From contig CAXXHO010000003.1 of the NCBI GenBank assembly GCA_963667725.2, positions 864,001 through 928,000 of the forward strand: DNA of 64,000 nucleotides, given 5' to 3'. This document shows, in pieces, positions 37,504 to 46,996 of the stretch. A program made the translations under genes and the position numbers. This stretch comes from Treponemataceae bacterium. Its GTDB lineage: Bacteria; Spirochaetota; Spirochaetia; Treponematales; Rectinemataceae. Every line of letters starts with the position of its first letter. Position 1 is the stretch's first letter. The notes under the pieces were generated by a model, which was not told the origin of the DNA, searched no databases, and saw nothing but the letters and a program-made list of their open reading frames with translations.

Positions 37504-38352
37504 ATGGAAACAGGCGAAGCGAAACGCAGACCCGCTCTCCCCAATGGCTGGTATCCGAGGGATCGGGAGACCATAACCCGAGTCCTGGCCGAATGGACCG
37601 AGGGGCTGAAGACCCATGGCGCCTCGGCGGTGGTTTCTCCCCATGCCGGATGGTCCTTCTCAGGCAGGCTTTCGGCGCTGGCCATCGCGGCTCTCGCCGA
37701 ATCAGAGACGATAGCTGTCGTCGGCGGCCATCTGCCGCAGAACAGCCCCATCCTCTACGCCAGGGAATCCTCCTTCGAGACCGTCTGCGGGGAGCTGCCG
37801 GCCGACGTCGAGCTGCTCGATGCCCTGGGCGATGAACTGCGCGATTCGGGCGTTCCTTCGCCCTACGCCGATGTATATGTCGACAATAGCGTGGAAGTCC
37901 TCCTGCCGATGATAGCGGCTCTGCAGCCCAAGGCGAAGATTCTCTGGCTTCGGAGCCCCCCTCACTATGGAGCCAAGGAACTCGGGGCTGCCCTGGGAAG
38001 GGCTTCGACCTTGCTGGGCAAGAAGGTGGCCTGCGTGGGATCCACCGATCTGACCCATTACGGCCCCGCCTATGGGTTCATGCCGGCCGGAATGGGCGAA
38101 AAAGCCGAAAAATGGGTGAAATCGGTGAATGACAAGGCCTTCATCGACGCCCTGCTCGATATGAACTGCGAGGTTGCCCTTACCCATGCCGTCAAGAAAG
38201 GCTCGGCATGTTCGGCGGGGGCGGCGGTCGCCTCGCTGAGCTTCGCGATTGAAGTGGGAGCCACGGAAGCCGAGCTTCTGGACTATGCCACGAGTCTCGA
38301 TATCAGGCAGGACGATTCCTTCGTCGGATACGCGGCCATCGCTTTCCATTGA
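37504..38352 (+). CDS. amrB: AmmeMemoRadiSam system protein B (MEMO1 family)
   Basis: GWYP, PHAGWSFSG, STDLTHYG, ACS, FVGYAAI; GAGGAGG RBS. Confidence 0.8.
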   Translation: METGEAKRRPALPNGWYPRDRETITRVLAEWTEGLKTHGASAVVSPHAGWSFSGRLSALAIAALAESETIAVVGGHLPQNSPILYARESSFETVCGELPADVELLDALGDELRDSGVPSPYADVYVDNSVEVLLPMIAALQPKAKILWLRSPPHYGAKELGAALGRASTLLGKKVACVGSTDLTHYGPAYGFMPAGMGEKAEKWVKSVNDKAFIDALLDMNCEVALTHAVKKGSACSAGAAVASLSFAIEVGATEAELLDYATSLDIRQDDSFVGYAAIAFH

Positions 38353-38392
38353 TGCGCCAGAATCTCCGGAGGCGTTCCTGCCTCGGAAGGCG

Positions 38393-39805
38393 CTAGAGTC
38401 CCAGGTAAGCCCTCACCGTTTCCTTGAACTTCTTGCCGCGGTCGAATTCGTGGAGGAACATCCCGAAAGAGGCGCAGCCAGGCGAGAGCAGGACGGCCGA
38501 ACCGGGTTGGGCCAGGGCGTCGGCGGCTCCGACCGCCTCGGCGAGATTGTCGAAAGGCCCCTTCCACGCGATGCCCTGCTCCGCGAGGAGCGGAATGAGC
38601 TTGTCCGTGCCCGTGCCGGAGAGTAAGACGATCGATGCCGCTTTGGCGTACGCTCTCTTCATGGGTTCGAAATCGATGTTCTTGTCGGTGCCTCCCGTTA
38701 TGAGGACGACAGGATCGACAAAGCTTGAAAGCGCGGCGTCGACCGCGTAGGGTATCGTCGCCGCGGAGTCGTTGTACCATCTGACGCCGCGCGATTCGGC
38801 GAAGAATTCGAGCCTGTGCTCGACGCCGGGAAAGGTCGACATCGCGGAGGCGATCTTTTCGGCTTCCATGCCCATGGCGCTCAGGGCGAGTCCCGCGGCG
38901 AGTAGATTCTTGCGCATGTGCGCGCCGGGAACGAGAAGGCCGGAGGGTAGTATCTCCTCGACGTTGGGCGATCCATTTTTCATCGAGCGGCGCAGCCCGA
39001 GCTCCAGCCCGTCGCGCATCGTCGAAAGCCAAGCGCCTTCTCCTCGCAGTTCCTTCCCCGAATACCAGAGCACCTTTCCCCTCGTTTCGGAAGCGAAGCT
39101 TTGTCCCCAGCTCGAGTCGAAATCGCATATCGTATAGTCTGAGGAGTCCTGATCCGCGTAGATGAGACGTTTGTCGGCAATGTATTCTTCCATGGAGCCA
39201 TAGTAATTCATGTGATCGGGCATTATCGCGGTAAGCGCCGCCACCTTGGGCTTCAGGACACCCAGGCCCTTCATGTCGGCGAGCTGCCAGGAGGAGAGTT
39301 CGAGCACGACGGGCCTGTCCGCGGCCGTTTCATCGAGGAAACCCAGGGGCGAAACCGTAATATTGCCGCCGAGGAGCGCCGCGATTCCGTTTGCCTTGAA
39401 TCCGTGATGGATGGCGCTCACCGTCGACGACTTGCCCTTGGAACCGGTCACCGCGACAATGGGCGATTTCGAATAGCGGAGGAAAACGGAAATGTCGGTT
39501 TCGAGGCATTTGGCCGCGGCGAGAAAAGGGGAGGTTCGTCTTACGGCTGGATTCTTGATTACGATATCGGCATTCCTGAAGTCGTCGGTCTCGTGGCGTC
39601 CAAGCACGTAGCGAATATCGCGACCCGAAAGGGCTTCTATGGACGGCGCCAGCGTGGCTTCATCTCTCAGATCAGTGACGGTGACGAGGGCTCCCTTGTC
39701 GCTGAAAAACTTGGCGCTCGCCAGACCTCCGCCATGCAGTCCCAAGCCCATTATGGTGACCTTCATGCCGGCGATATCTTTTATGGAGGAGGGCATCATC
39801 GTCAT
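38393..39805 (-). CDS. murD: UDP-N-acetylmuramoyl-L-alanine--D-glutamate ligase
   Basis: GLGLHG, TGSKGKSS, LELSSWQL, PDHMN, EHRLE, YNDSAAT, LSPGCASF, RGKKF. Confidence 0.93.
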   Translation of the reverse strand: MTMMPSSIKDIAGMKVTIMGLGLHGGGLASAKFFSDKGALVTVTDLRDEATLAPSIEALSGRDIRYVLGRHETDDFRNADIVIKNPAVRRTSPFLAAAKCLETDISVFLRYSKSPIVAVTGSKGKSSTVSAIHHGFKANGIAALLGGNITVSPLGFLDETAADRPVVLELSSWQLADMKGLGVLKPKVAALTAIMPDHMNYYGSMEEYIADKRLIYADQDSSDYTICDFDSSWGQSFASETRGKVLWYSGKELRGEGAWLSTMRDGLELGLRRSMKNGSPNVEEILPSGLLVPGAHMRKNLLAAGLALSAMGMEAEKIASAMSTFPGVEHRLEFFAESRGVRWYNDSAATIPYAVDAALSSFVDPVVLITGGTDKNIDFEPMKRAYAKAASIVLLSGTGTDKLIPLLAEQGIAWKGPFDNLAEAVGAADALAQPGSAVLLSPGCASFGMFLHEFDRGKKFKETVRAYLGL

Positions 39806-39901
39806 ATATTCCCTTTCGGCACCGCGCCGATAGATGCGCTTTGCGCGCGCGGAGCCAGGGACATTATAGCACAACCCCGGCGGCGGCGTTAATCGAGGGG
39901 A

Positions 39902-40645
39902 TCAGTTTTCCTGGCATTCCTTTCCGCCCAGATAGGCGGCCTGGACCCGCGGATCGACCGCGAGGCTCTTCGACTCGCCTTCGATCACGATCTTGCCGAG
40001 CTCGAGGATATAGGCGCGGGAAGCGGCCTTGAGGGCCTTCCGCGCGTTCTGCTCGACGAGGAGGATGGCCACTTTTTCCTCGTCGTGAATCTTCTTGATG
40101 AGGGCGAAAATCTCCTGCACGATGATGGGAGCGAGACCCAGCGAAGGCTCGTCGAGAAGGAGGAGCGAGGGCGAGGATACGATGGCGCGGCCTATGGCCA
40201 GCATCTGCTGCTCGCCGCCGGAAAGGGTGCCAGCCAGCTGGTTGCGCCGCTCTCTCAGGATGGGAAAGAGGTTGTAGACCCGCTCCTCCATGCCCGCCTG
40301 GCGCGCTTTTTCCCTCGCGTGCCGGACGCCGTACTTGCCCAGGATGATATTCTCGCGGACGCTCAGGGTGGCGAAGACATGACGCCCTTCCGGCACATGG
40401 GCTATGCCCTGTGCCGCCAGGGTGTAGGCGGGCATGCTCGTCAGCTCGTGGCCGCCGAAGAGTATCTGGCCTGAACTGGGCTTTTTCAGGCAGGAAATCG
40501 CCTTCAGGAGGCTTGTCTTTCCCGCCCCGTTCGCGCCAAGCACTGCCACTATCTCGTTTTCGCCCACCGTGAGCGACACGCCGTCCAGGGCGCGCACGGC
40601 CCCGTAGTCCAGGGATACATCCTTGATTTCAAGCAGAGCTGCCAT
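39902..40645 (-). CDS. livF: Liv-type ABC transporter ATP-binding subunit
   Basis: GANGAGKT, VPEGR, LSGGEQQMLAIGRA, LDEPSLGLAP, VEQNA, AYLG. Confidence 0.9.
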   Translation of the reverse strand: MAALLEIKDVSLDYGAVRALDGVSLTVGENEIVAVLGANGAGKTSLLKAISCLKKPSSGQILFGGHELTSMPAYTLAAQGIAHVPEGRHVFATLSVRENIILGKYGVRHAREKARQAGMEERVYNLFPILRERRNQLAGTLSGGEQQMLAIGRAIVSSPSLLLLDEPSLGLAPIIVQEIFALIKKIHDEEKVAILLVEQNARKALKAASRAYILELGKIVIEGESKSLAVDPRVQAAYLGGKECQEN

Positions 40646-40650
40646 GGTTT

Positions 40651-42546
40651 TCAGTCCTCTTCCTTGCCCAGATAGGCTTCGATAACGAGCGGGTTGAGCC
40701 TGATGTCGCACATCTCGCCCTCGGCGATTTTCCTTCCCGTCTGCATGACGATGACATGATCGCTGACCATGTCCACGAGATTCATGTCGTGCTCGATGAG
40801 CAGAATCGAAAGCCCGTCGGCGAGAAGAGAGAGAAGGAGCCTGGACAAATCCTCGGTCTCCGCGTCGTTCAGCCCAGAGGAAGGCTCGTCGAGGACGATG
40901 AGATCAGGGTTGACGGCGAGGGCGCGGGCGATTTCCAGGTAGCGGCGTTTCCCGTAGGGAAGGGAGGATGCCAGCTTGTCGGCGGATTCAGCCAGCCCGA
41001 CCCGCTCGAGGCAGCGGTCGGCGCAGGCCAGCATGGATTCCTCCTCCCGCCGCTGCGAGGGCAGCCTGAAAATGGAACCGATAAATCCGGCTTTTCCCCT
41101 GCAGTGCTGGCCGCAGAGCACATTCTCCAGGCAGGTGAGGGTGGGAAAAATCCTGATGTTCTGGAAGGTGCGGGCAATCCCCTTCTTCACGATCTCATGG
41201 GGACGCTCGCCCGAAATCTTCTCGGCCTTGAAGCTGATCTCGCCCTTCAGGGGCTTGTAGATGCCCGTGATGAGATTGAACAAGGTCGTCTTGCCCGCGC
41301 CGTTGGGGCCGATGAGGGCGGTGATCCTTCCCTTGGAAACGCAGGCGTCCATATCCGCGACGGCGGTCACGCCGCCGAACGAAAGCGTTACGTCCTTCAC
41401 TTCCAGAAGGGACAGATCCGAGGCGGGTTCAGGCGCCCCCGCCGCCGATCCGGCGCCGGACGTAGCGTCGGACGCGGCGCCAACACCTGATTCGCTATCC
41501 GCCTGAGCATCGGAAACCGGCTGCCTATGGCGCTTGCCGCCTAAGGCCTTCCGCAGCGTTTCACCCGAATCCCTGACGCGCGGCAGGAAGCCCGCCGGCT
41601 TGAAAATCATCATGAGAAGGAGGGCGAGACCGAAGAACATGAGCCTGTATTTGGCGAAAGGCCTGAAAATCTCCGGGAAGACCGTGATGGCCACGGCGCC
41701 GAGCATCGTCCCCGGAATCGAGCCCAGGCCGCCCAGAAGCACGATGCAGAAAAGCAAGGATGACTCCATGAAAGTGAAGCTTTCAGGCGACACCGACATC
41801 TGCTTGGAAGCGTAGACGTTGCCCGCTATACCCGCGAGCGCCGCGCCGAGCACGAAGGCGGCGAGCTTGTAGTGCCGCACATCGACGCCGAGAGCCTCGG
41901 CGGCCGTCTCGTCCTCGCGGATGTAGTTCCACGCCCGTCCGACCCTGGAGCGCTGGAGCCTGATGAGGCCGAAGGTGATGACGGCGATGAGCCCCCAAAT
42001 GAGATAGTAGAACTGCCGGGACGAGACGATCGGGACTATAAAACTAGGTCCGTCTATGCCGTTGATGCCGTTGGGGCCGCCCGTGAGGCCGAAGGGATTG
42101 TTGATCATGGTGAGGCGGATGATTTCGCCTAAACCTATCGTCACGATGCAGAGATAGTCGCCCTTCAGGTGGATGACGGGGGCGGTGACGATCCAGGCGA
42201 AGAGGCCGGAAACGAGGGCCGCTATCGGTAGGAGGAGGAGGATGGGGAGATGGAACTGCGTGTTGAGTATGGCGGTGACATAGGCGCCGATCGCGTAGAA
42301 GCCTGTGTGGCCCAGATCGAAAAGCCCGACCTCGCCGAGGACGATATTGAGCGAAAGGCCCAGGAGAGCGTAGATGCCGCAGTAGAATCCCACGTCGATC
42401 CAGTAATTGTCTATGAAGGGCATCAGCGGAAAGAGAAAGAGGATGGCTATCGAGGCGAGGGTGATCGTCCTGCGGTCCACGCGCCTTTTGCCTCCCTCCG
42501 TCGGTGCGGAAAGAATCCTGTCCAGAATGGTTTTTGTTATGCTCAT
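40651..42546 (-). CDS. Fused Liv-type permease (LivM) / ATPase (LivG)
   Basis: GDYL.IVT.G.GEI, TGGPNG, REDETAA, then GPNGAGKT, ARTFQNIR, LDEP, IEHDM; start ATG 42546. Confidence 0.88.
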   Translation of the reverse strand: MSITKTILDRILSAPTEGGKRRVDRRTITLASIAILFLFPLMPFIDNYWIDVGFYCGIYALLGLSLNIVLGEVGLFDLGHTGFYAIGAYVTAILNTQFHLPILLLLPIAALVSGLFAWIVTAPVIHLKGDYLCIVTIGLGEIIRLTMINNPFGLTGGPNGINGIDGPSFIVPIVSSRQFYYLIWGLIAVITFGLIRLQRSRVGRAWNYIREDETAAEALGVDVRHYKLAAFVLGAALAGIAGNVYASKQMSVSPESFTFMESSLLFCIVLLGGLGSIPGTMLGAVAITVFPEIFRPFAKYRLMFFGLALLLMMIFKPAGFLPRVRDSGETLRKALGGKRHRQPVSDAQADSESGVGAASDATSGAGSAAGAPEPASDLSLLEVKDVTLSFGGVTAVADMDACVSKGRITALIGPNGAGKTTLFNLITGIYKPLKGEISFKAEKISGERPHEIVKKGIARTFQNIRIFPTLTCLENVLCGQHCRGKAGFIGSIFRLPSQRREEESMLACADRCLERVGLAESADKLASSLPYGKRRYLEIARALAVNPDLIVLDEPSSGLNDAETEDLSRLLLSLLADGLSILLIEHDMNLVDMVSDHVIVMQTGRKIAEGEMCDIRLNPLVIEAYLGKEED

Positions 42547-43457
42547 CAGACTTTCTCCGCCGTTTTTTCGCCCAGAAGCCCCGTCGGCCGGAAAATGAGG
42601 GTGACGATGAGAAGGATGAAGACGAAGACGTCCTTCCACGCGCCACTGACGTAGCCGGAGAGCAGGGATTCCACGATGCCGAGGAGAAGACCGCCGAGCA
42701 TGGCGCCGGGGATGTTGCCGATTCCGCCCAGAATCGTCGCGGTGAAGGCCTTGAGGCCATAGTTCCATCCCATGTTGAAGCTGATGGAGCGGTAGTAGAG
42801 CCCGTTCATGAGCCCGGCTACGCCGCCCAAGCCCGGGCCGAGGGCGAAGACGAAGAAAATGACCTTGCGCACGTCGATGCCGACGAGGGTGGCTGTCTCC
42901 CTGTCCAGGGCCGAAGCCCTCACGGCGGCGCCGAAGGTGGATTTTTCGACGATGAGCCAGATGATGAACATGAGCGCGAAGGAGATGGCGAGAATCGTCA
43001 CCTGGAGTTCGGTGACGGGGATGCCCGCGATTTTGAAACGATAGGAGGGAACGACGCTCGCGGCGAAAGCCTGGGGCCGGGCTCCCCATATAGCCATTAT
43101 CGAGTTCTGGATGAAGATGGCCACGCCAAGCGCCGAAACGACGAGGGAGAGTCTGCCCGAAGGATAGACGGGCCTGTAGGCTATCCTCTCCACAAGAACG
43201 CCCGCCAGGGCGACGCTCGCCGCGACGATGCACGCGGCGAAGGCGATGCCGCCCCATATGCCGAGCGTGGCGGTGACCTTGCCCGCCGCGCTCGTAAGCA
43301 GCGTGTAGCCAAGATAGGCGCCGAAGGCGAAGAGGTCGCCGTGCGCGAAATTGATGAGCTTCATGACGCCATACACCATGGAATATCCCAGGGCGACGAG
43401 AGCGTAGAAGGAACCGATTGTCAGGCCATTGATAAGCTGCTCGATGAAGGTGTTCAC
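42546..43457 (-). CDS. livH: Liv-type ABC permease
   Basis: QLINGL..GS.YAL.ALGY, INFAHG, KAF.A.ILGGIG, RPTGLLG; GTG start with AGGAG RBS. Confidence 0.9.
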   Translation of the reverse strand: MNTFIEQLINGLTIGSFYALVALGYSMVYGVMKLINFAHGDLFAFGAYLGYTLLTSAAGKVTATLGIWGGIAFAACIVAASVALAGVLVERIAYRPVYPSGRLSLVVSALGVAIFIQNSIMAIWGARPQAFAASVVPSYRFKIAGIPVTELQVTILAISFALMFIIWLIVEKSTFGAAVRASALDRETATLVGIDVRKVIFFVFALGPGLGGVAGLMNGLYYRSISFNMGWNYGLKAFTATILGGIGNIPGAMLGGLLLGIVESLLSGYVSGAWKDVFVFILLIVTLIFRPTGLLGEKTAEKV

Positions 43458-43477
43458 GATTCTCCTTCGCGCTTACG

Positions 43478-43522
43478 AAAGGCGGGCGCCTGATGGGCGT
43501 CGATGTCCTTCAGGTACCCGCC
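43478..43522 (-). terminator. Intercistronic stem-loop after the binding-protein gene (weak terminator or mRNA stabiliser)
   Basis: Minus strand GGCGGGTACCTGA...TCAGGCGCCCGCC-TTT. Confidence 0.5.
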
Positions 43523-43560
43523 GCTTGTTATAGCGCTTTAGCTATGGCGAACCGCCTATG

Positions 43561-44742
43561 TCACTTGTCGGATACTACGAGTTTGCCTTCGCCGCTTACG
43601 GCGTACATCTTGTAGGGCACATCCTTGCGGTCGCCGCGCTCGGTGAAGAGCACCGCGCCCGTGACGCCCTCGACGCCGTCCATTTTCGTCCTCATGGCAT
43701 CGGCTATCGCCGCGCTGTCGGTCTTGCCGGCCTTGGCGATGGCGCCTACTATGCCGTAGAGTCCGTCAGCCGCGTAGACTGGCCATGGGCTGGACGGAAG
43801 TTCCTTGAATTTTTCCGCGTAGAGAGCCTTGAACTGTTCCGCGATGGGCGTCGTCACGTCGGTGACGAGGGGCTCCTGGGTCATGAGGGCGCCTTGGGCG
43901 ACGCTGAGTCCGGCAATCTTCACGAAATCGTCGTTGATGGCCGCGTTGCCGCCGATGAAGGGGCAATTGAGTCCCGCGTCGCGGGCCTGGCGGATGAGGA
44001 GTCCGGCTTCGGGATAATAGCCGGTGAAGTACCAGACATCAGGGCTGGTTTCGCGCAACTTGGTCACCGCCGAGGAGAAATCCTTTTCCTTGGGCGTGAT
44101 GGCGTCGAAGTAGATGATTTCTGTTTTACCAGCCGCGATATAGGGCTCGAGGGCTTTCTTGGCTTCGTCGGCCACGCCTTTCGCGAAGGTGGAGTTGTCG
44201 TGCATTATGGCGACGCGTTTGGCTCCCATCGTCTCCACGGCGTATTTTCCGAAGAACAGGCCTTGGGCGTCGTCTCGTCCGCATGTTCTGAAGAAGAATT
44301 TCCTGTCCTTGTCCATGGTGAGCCGGACGGCCGTGCAGCCGTAGCCAACCGAGACGATTTTGTTTTTTTCATAGATATCGGCCGCCGGTTCCGTCACCGA
44401 AGAACCATAGCTGCCGATGACGGCGACCACTTTCTGGGATACGGCTTTCTGCGCGGCCAAGGCTGAATCCTTGGGGTTGGAGCCGTCGTCCACGACGACG
44501 ATTTCCACCTGTTTGCCCAAGACCCCTCCGGCCTTGTTGATCAGCTCGGCAGCCACTTCGACGGACTGCTTGGCCATCTGGCCTTCGTAAGCATAGTCAC
44601 CGGTGATCGGCGCCTGCAGGGCGATTTTGATGGTCTTCCCCGCCTGGGCTCCTGAGCATCCGGCCAGAATCAGAATCATCGCTGCCGTCAGGCATGTGAC
44701 GAGTAGAATCCCTCGTCCGTGTTTCCTCGTTTCTGACATCAT
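43561..44742 (-). CDS. livK: Liv-type amino-acid-binding lipoprotein
   Basis: Lipobox LAGC; P.TG..A..G, INKAGGVLG, FFRTCGRDDAQG, DFS...TK. Confidence 0.85.
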   Translation of the reverse strand: MMSETRKHGRGILLVTCLTAAMILILAGCSGAQAGKTIKIALQAPITGDYAYEGQMAKQSVEVAAELINKAGGVLGKQVEIVVVDDGSNPKDSALAAQKAVSQKVVAVIGSYGSSVTEPAADIYEKNKIVSVGYGCTAVRLTMDKDRKFFFRTCGRDDAQGLFFGKYAVETMGAKRVAIMHDNSTFAKGVADEAKKALEPYIAAGKTEIIYFDAITPKEKDFSSAVTKLRETSPDVWYFTGYYPEAGLLIRQARDAGLNCPFIGGNAAINDDFVKIAGLSVAQGALMTQEPLVTDVTTPIAEQFKALYAEKFKELPSSPWPVYAADGLYGIVGAIAKAGKTDSAAIADAMRTKMDGVEGVTGAVLFTERGDRKDVPYKMYAVSGEGKLVVSDK

Positions 44743-44767
44743 TGTACCTCCATAACCTATCGTATAG

Positions 44768-44840
44768 TAGCAAATTACAATTCGCAAGCGAAAAACGATC
44801 CTCTTTTCTTCCTTGACAGCCCGGCGGAGTGGCTATAGCC
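44768..44840. promoter_or_regulatory. Divergent sigma70-like promoters for the liv operon and the oxidoreductase operon
   Basis: Plus: TTGACA-17-TAGCCT; minus: TTGCGA-17-TACGAT. Confidence 0.55.
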
Positions 44841-44875
44841 TGCGTTATCTGGTTTAGTTTTCTGTGAGGGGAACA

Positions 44876-46996
44876 ATGTCAAGAATTGTCACGCATCCCG
44901 TGCTTCCGATACCCGAAGAGGTGAAGGAAGTCGGCTTTTTTTTTGACGGAAAGCCAGCATCCGGAATTGCCGGCGAACCCGTCGCATCGTCTCTTGTGGC
45001 TCTTGGGATTTCACGCTTTTCCCTGCATCCAAAGGACGGGGCCCCACAGGGCCTGTTCTGCGCGAACGGTCAGTGTTCGCAGTGCACGGTCCTGATCGAT
45101 GGCATTCCCCGCAAGTCATGCGTCACGCCCCTCGCTGAGGGCATGGATGTACGCACCCTCGTGGGGCTTCCCGCGCTTCCGGCAATCGATGCCCCATTGC
45201 AGCAGGCCGAACGCCGCACCATACGCACCGACATTCTCGTCATCGGGGGAGGTCCCTCGGGCCTTTCTGCCGCCCTGGAATTGGGCAAGATGGGATTCCA
45301 GGTCATCATAGCCGACGACAAGAAAAAGTTAGGCGGCAAACTCGTGCTCCAGACCCACAAGTTCTTCGGTTCGGAGGAAGACTGCTATGCCGGCGTGCGC
45401 GGCATAGAGATCGCCTGCAGACTCGAAGACAAACTGAAAAAACTGCCCAACGTCACCATCCTGCGGAACGCCCCCGTCGTCGCCATCTTCAAGGACAGGA
45501 AAGCGGGCGTCTACAAGGATTACTCCTCCTATCTCCTCGTCGAGTTCACGGCCCTGGTCGTGGCGGCGGGCGCCCGCGAGAAAAGCATCCTCTTCCCGGG
45601 CAACGATCTGCCCGGCGTTTACGGCGCCGGGGCCTTCCAGACCCTCGTCAACCGCGATCTCGTCGCGGCTTCCAAAAAGCTCCTCATCGTGGGATCGGGC
45701 AACGTCGGCCTCATCGCCGCCTATCACGCACTCCAGGCGGGGATTCAGGTGGCGGGCATCGTCGAGGTGGCGGGCCGGATCACCGGCTACAAGGTCCATG
45801 CCGACAAGATCCGCCGCATGGGCGTTCCCATCCATCTCAACACGACGATCCTGAGAGCCGAAAGCGAGGGATCGGGCGAGGGCAGGGTGACGAGGGCTCT
45901 CGTCTCCAAGGTGGATGACAATTTCAGGCCGATTCCCGGAACCGCGGTAGCCCACGATGTCGACACCGTCCTCATCGCCACGGGTCTCGCGTCCTGCGAC
46001 GAATTTCTGAGGCAGGCGCAGAGCTACGGCATCCTCGCCGTGGCGGCCGGCGACGCCGAGGAGATAGCCGAAGCTTCCAGCGCTATGTTCGGCGGCAGGA
46101 TCGCGGCCTTCGCCCTGGCCAGGATGCTCGGCAAAAGGATAGAAATAGATCCCACCTGGATTCCCAAGCGCGATGTCCTCAAATCGCGGCCCGGGGACGT
46201 GTTCTCGAGGAGTCCAGTCCTCCCCGAGGCCAAATGGAGTCCCGTCTTCTTCTGTTCCGAGGAGATTCCATGCAATCCCTGCACGACAGTCTGCCCGACC
46301 TCGGCCATCAAGCTGAGACCGGTTCGCCATAATCTCCTCGACCTACCTTATTTCGACGGGACGAAATGCATCGGCTGCCTCTCCTGTGTGTCTGTCTGCC
46401 CCGGCCTGGCCGTCAGCCTCATACGAAGAGTGGCGGATAACGCGGCCGAAGTCATCCTGCCCTGGGAATTCGCCGCCGATTTTCCCGACGGCACGATGAT
46501 GGACCTGGTGGGACAGGACGGCACATTCCTCGAGCGCGCTCCCATGGTTTCGCGGAAGCGGAACGCGAAGAAGAATACCTGGCTCCTCACTTTCAGGACA
46601 TCCTTGCGTAACGCGTCGAGCATCGCCGGCATAAGAGTCCAGGGACCGGAAGTTTCGGAAGGTACGCCCGTAACCGAGTCGGGCTGCGTCGACACCGACG
46701 CCTATGTCTGCCGCTGCGAGCGCGTCACCTTGGGCGAACTGATTCAATTCATAAAAGAAAACAATGTAAGGGACATCAATCAGCTCAAGACGCTGAGGGT
46801 GGGCATGGGCGCCTGCGGCGCCAAGACCTGTTCCCAACTCGTGGGAAGAGCCTTCAAGCTCGCTGGCGTGAATATCGCCGAAGTCGAGCCGGGCTCGCTG
46901 CGGCCTCTCTTCATGGAAGTGCCGATGGGCGAGGTCGTCAACGAAGGCCTCTCCAAACTGGGCGGCAAGGACGCGGGTTCCAGGGGGGCACCATGA
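44876..46996 (+). CDS. Multidomain FAD/NAD oxidoreductase with 2Fe-2S, 2x4Fe-4S and BFD-like domains (sarcosine oxidase alpha / proline dehydrogenase-like)
   Basis: CANGQCSQC..C; GGGPSG; GSGNVG; C.....CNPCTTVCP and CIGCLSCVSVCP; VCRCE...MGACGAKTC. Confidence 0.85.
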   Translation: MSRIVTHPVLPIPEEVKEVGFFFDGKPASGIAGEPVASSLVALGISRFSLHPKDGAPQGLFCANGQCSQCTVLIDGIPRKSCVTPLAEGMDVRTLVGLPALPAIDAPLQQAERRTIRTDILVIGGGPSGLSAALELGKMGFQVIIADDKKKLGGKLVLQTHKFFGSEEDCYAGVRGIEIACRLEDKLKKLPNVTILRNAPVVAIFKDRKAGVYKDYSSYLLVEFTALVVAAGAREKSILFPGNDLPGVYGAGAFQTLVNRDLVAASKKLLIVGSGNVGLIAAYHALQAGIQVAGIVEVAGRITGYKVHADKIRRMGVPIHLNTTILRAESEGSGEGRVTRALVSKVDDNFRPIPGTAVAHDVDTVLIATGLASCDEFLRQAQSYGILAVAAGDAEEIAEASSAMFGGRIAAFALARMLGKRIEIDPTWIPKRDVLKSRPGDVFSRSPVLPEAKWSPVFFCSEEIPCNPCTTVCPTSAIKLRPVRHNLLDLPYFDGTKCIGCLSCVSVCPGLAVSLIRRVADNAAEVILPWEFAADFPDGTMMDLVGQDGTFLERAPMVSRKRNAKKNTWLLTFRTSLRNASSIAGIRVQGPEVSEGTPVTESGCVDTDAYVCRCERVTLGELIQFIKENNVRDINQLKTLRVGMGACGAKTCSQLVGRAFKLAGVNIAEVEPGSLRPLFMEVPMGEVVNEGLSKLGGKDAGSRGAP

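Noticed and set aside
30764..38352. Idea that the large radical SAM protein is the AmmeMemoRadiSam partner of amrB, or QueE for queD
   Set aside because: Its size and motifs fit a TIGR03960-like protein, not the much shorter AmrS or QueE enzymes
42547..43257. N-terminal extension of the 868-aa LivM-LivG ORF, suggesting a triple fusion or frameshift
   Set aside because: Overlaps intact livH in another frame; the TGATG junction at 42546 explains the coupling
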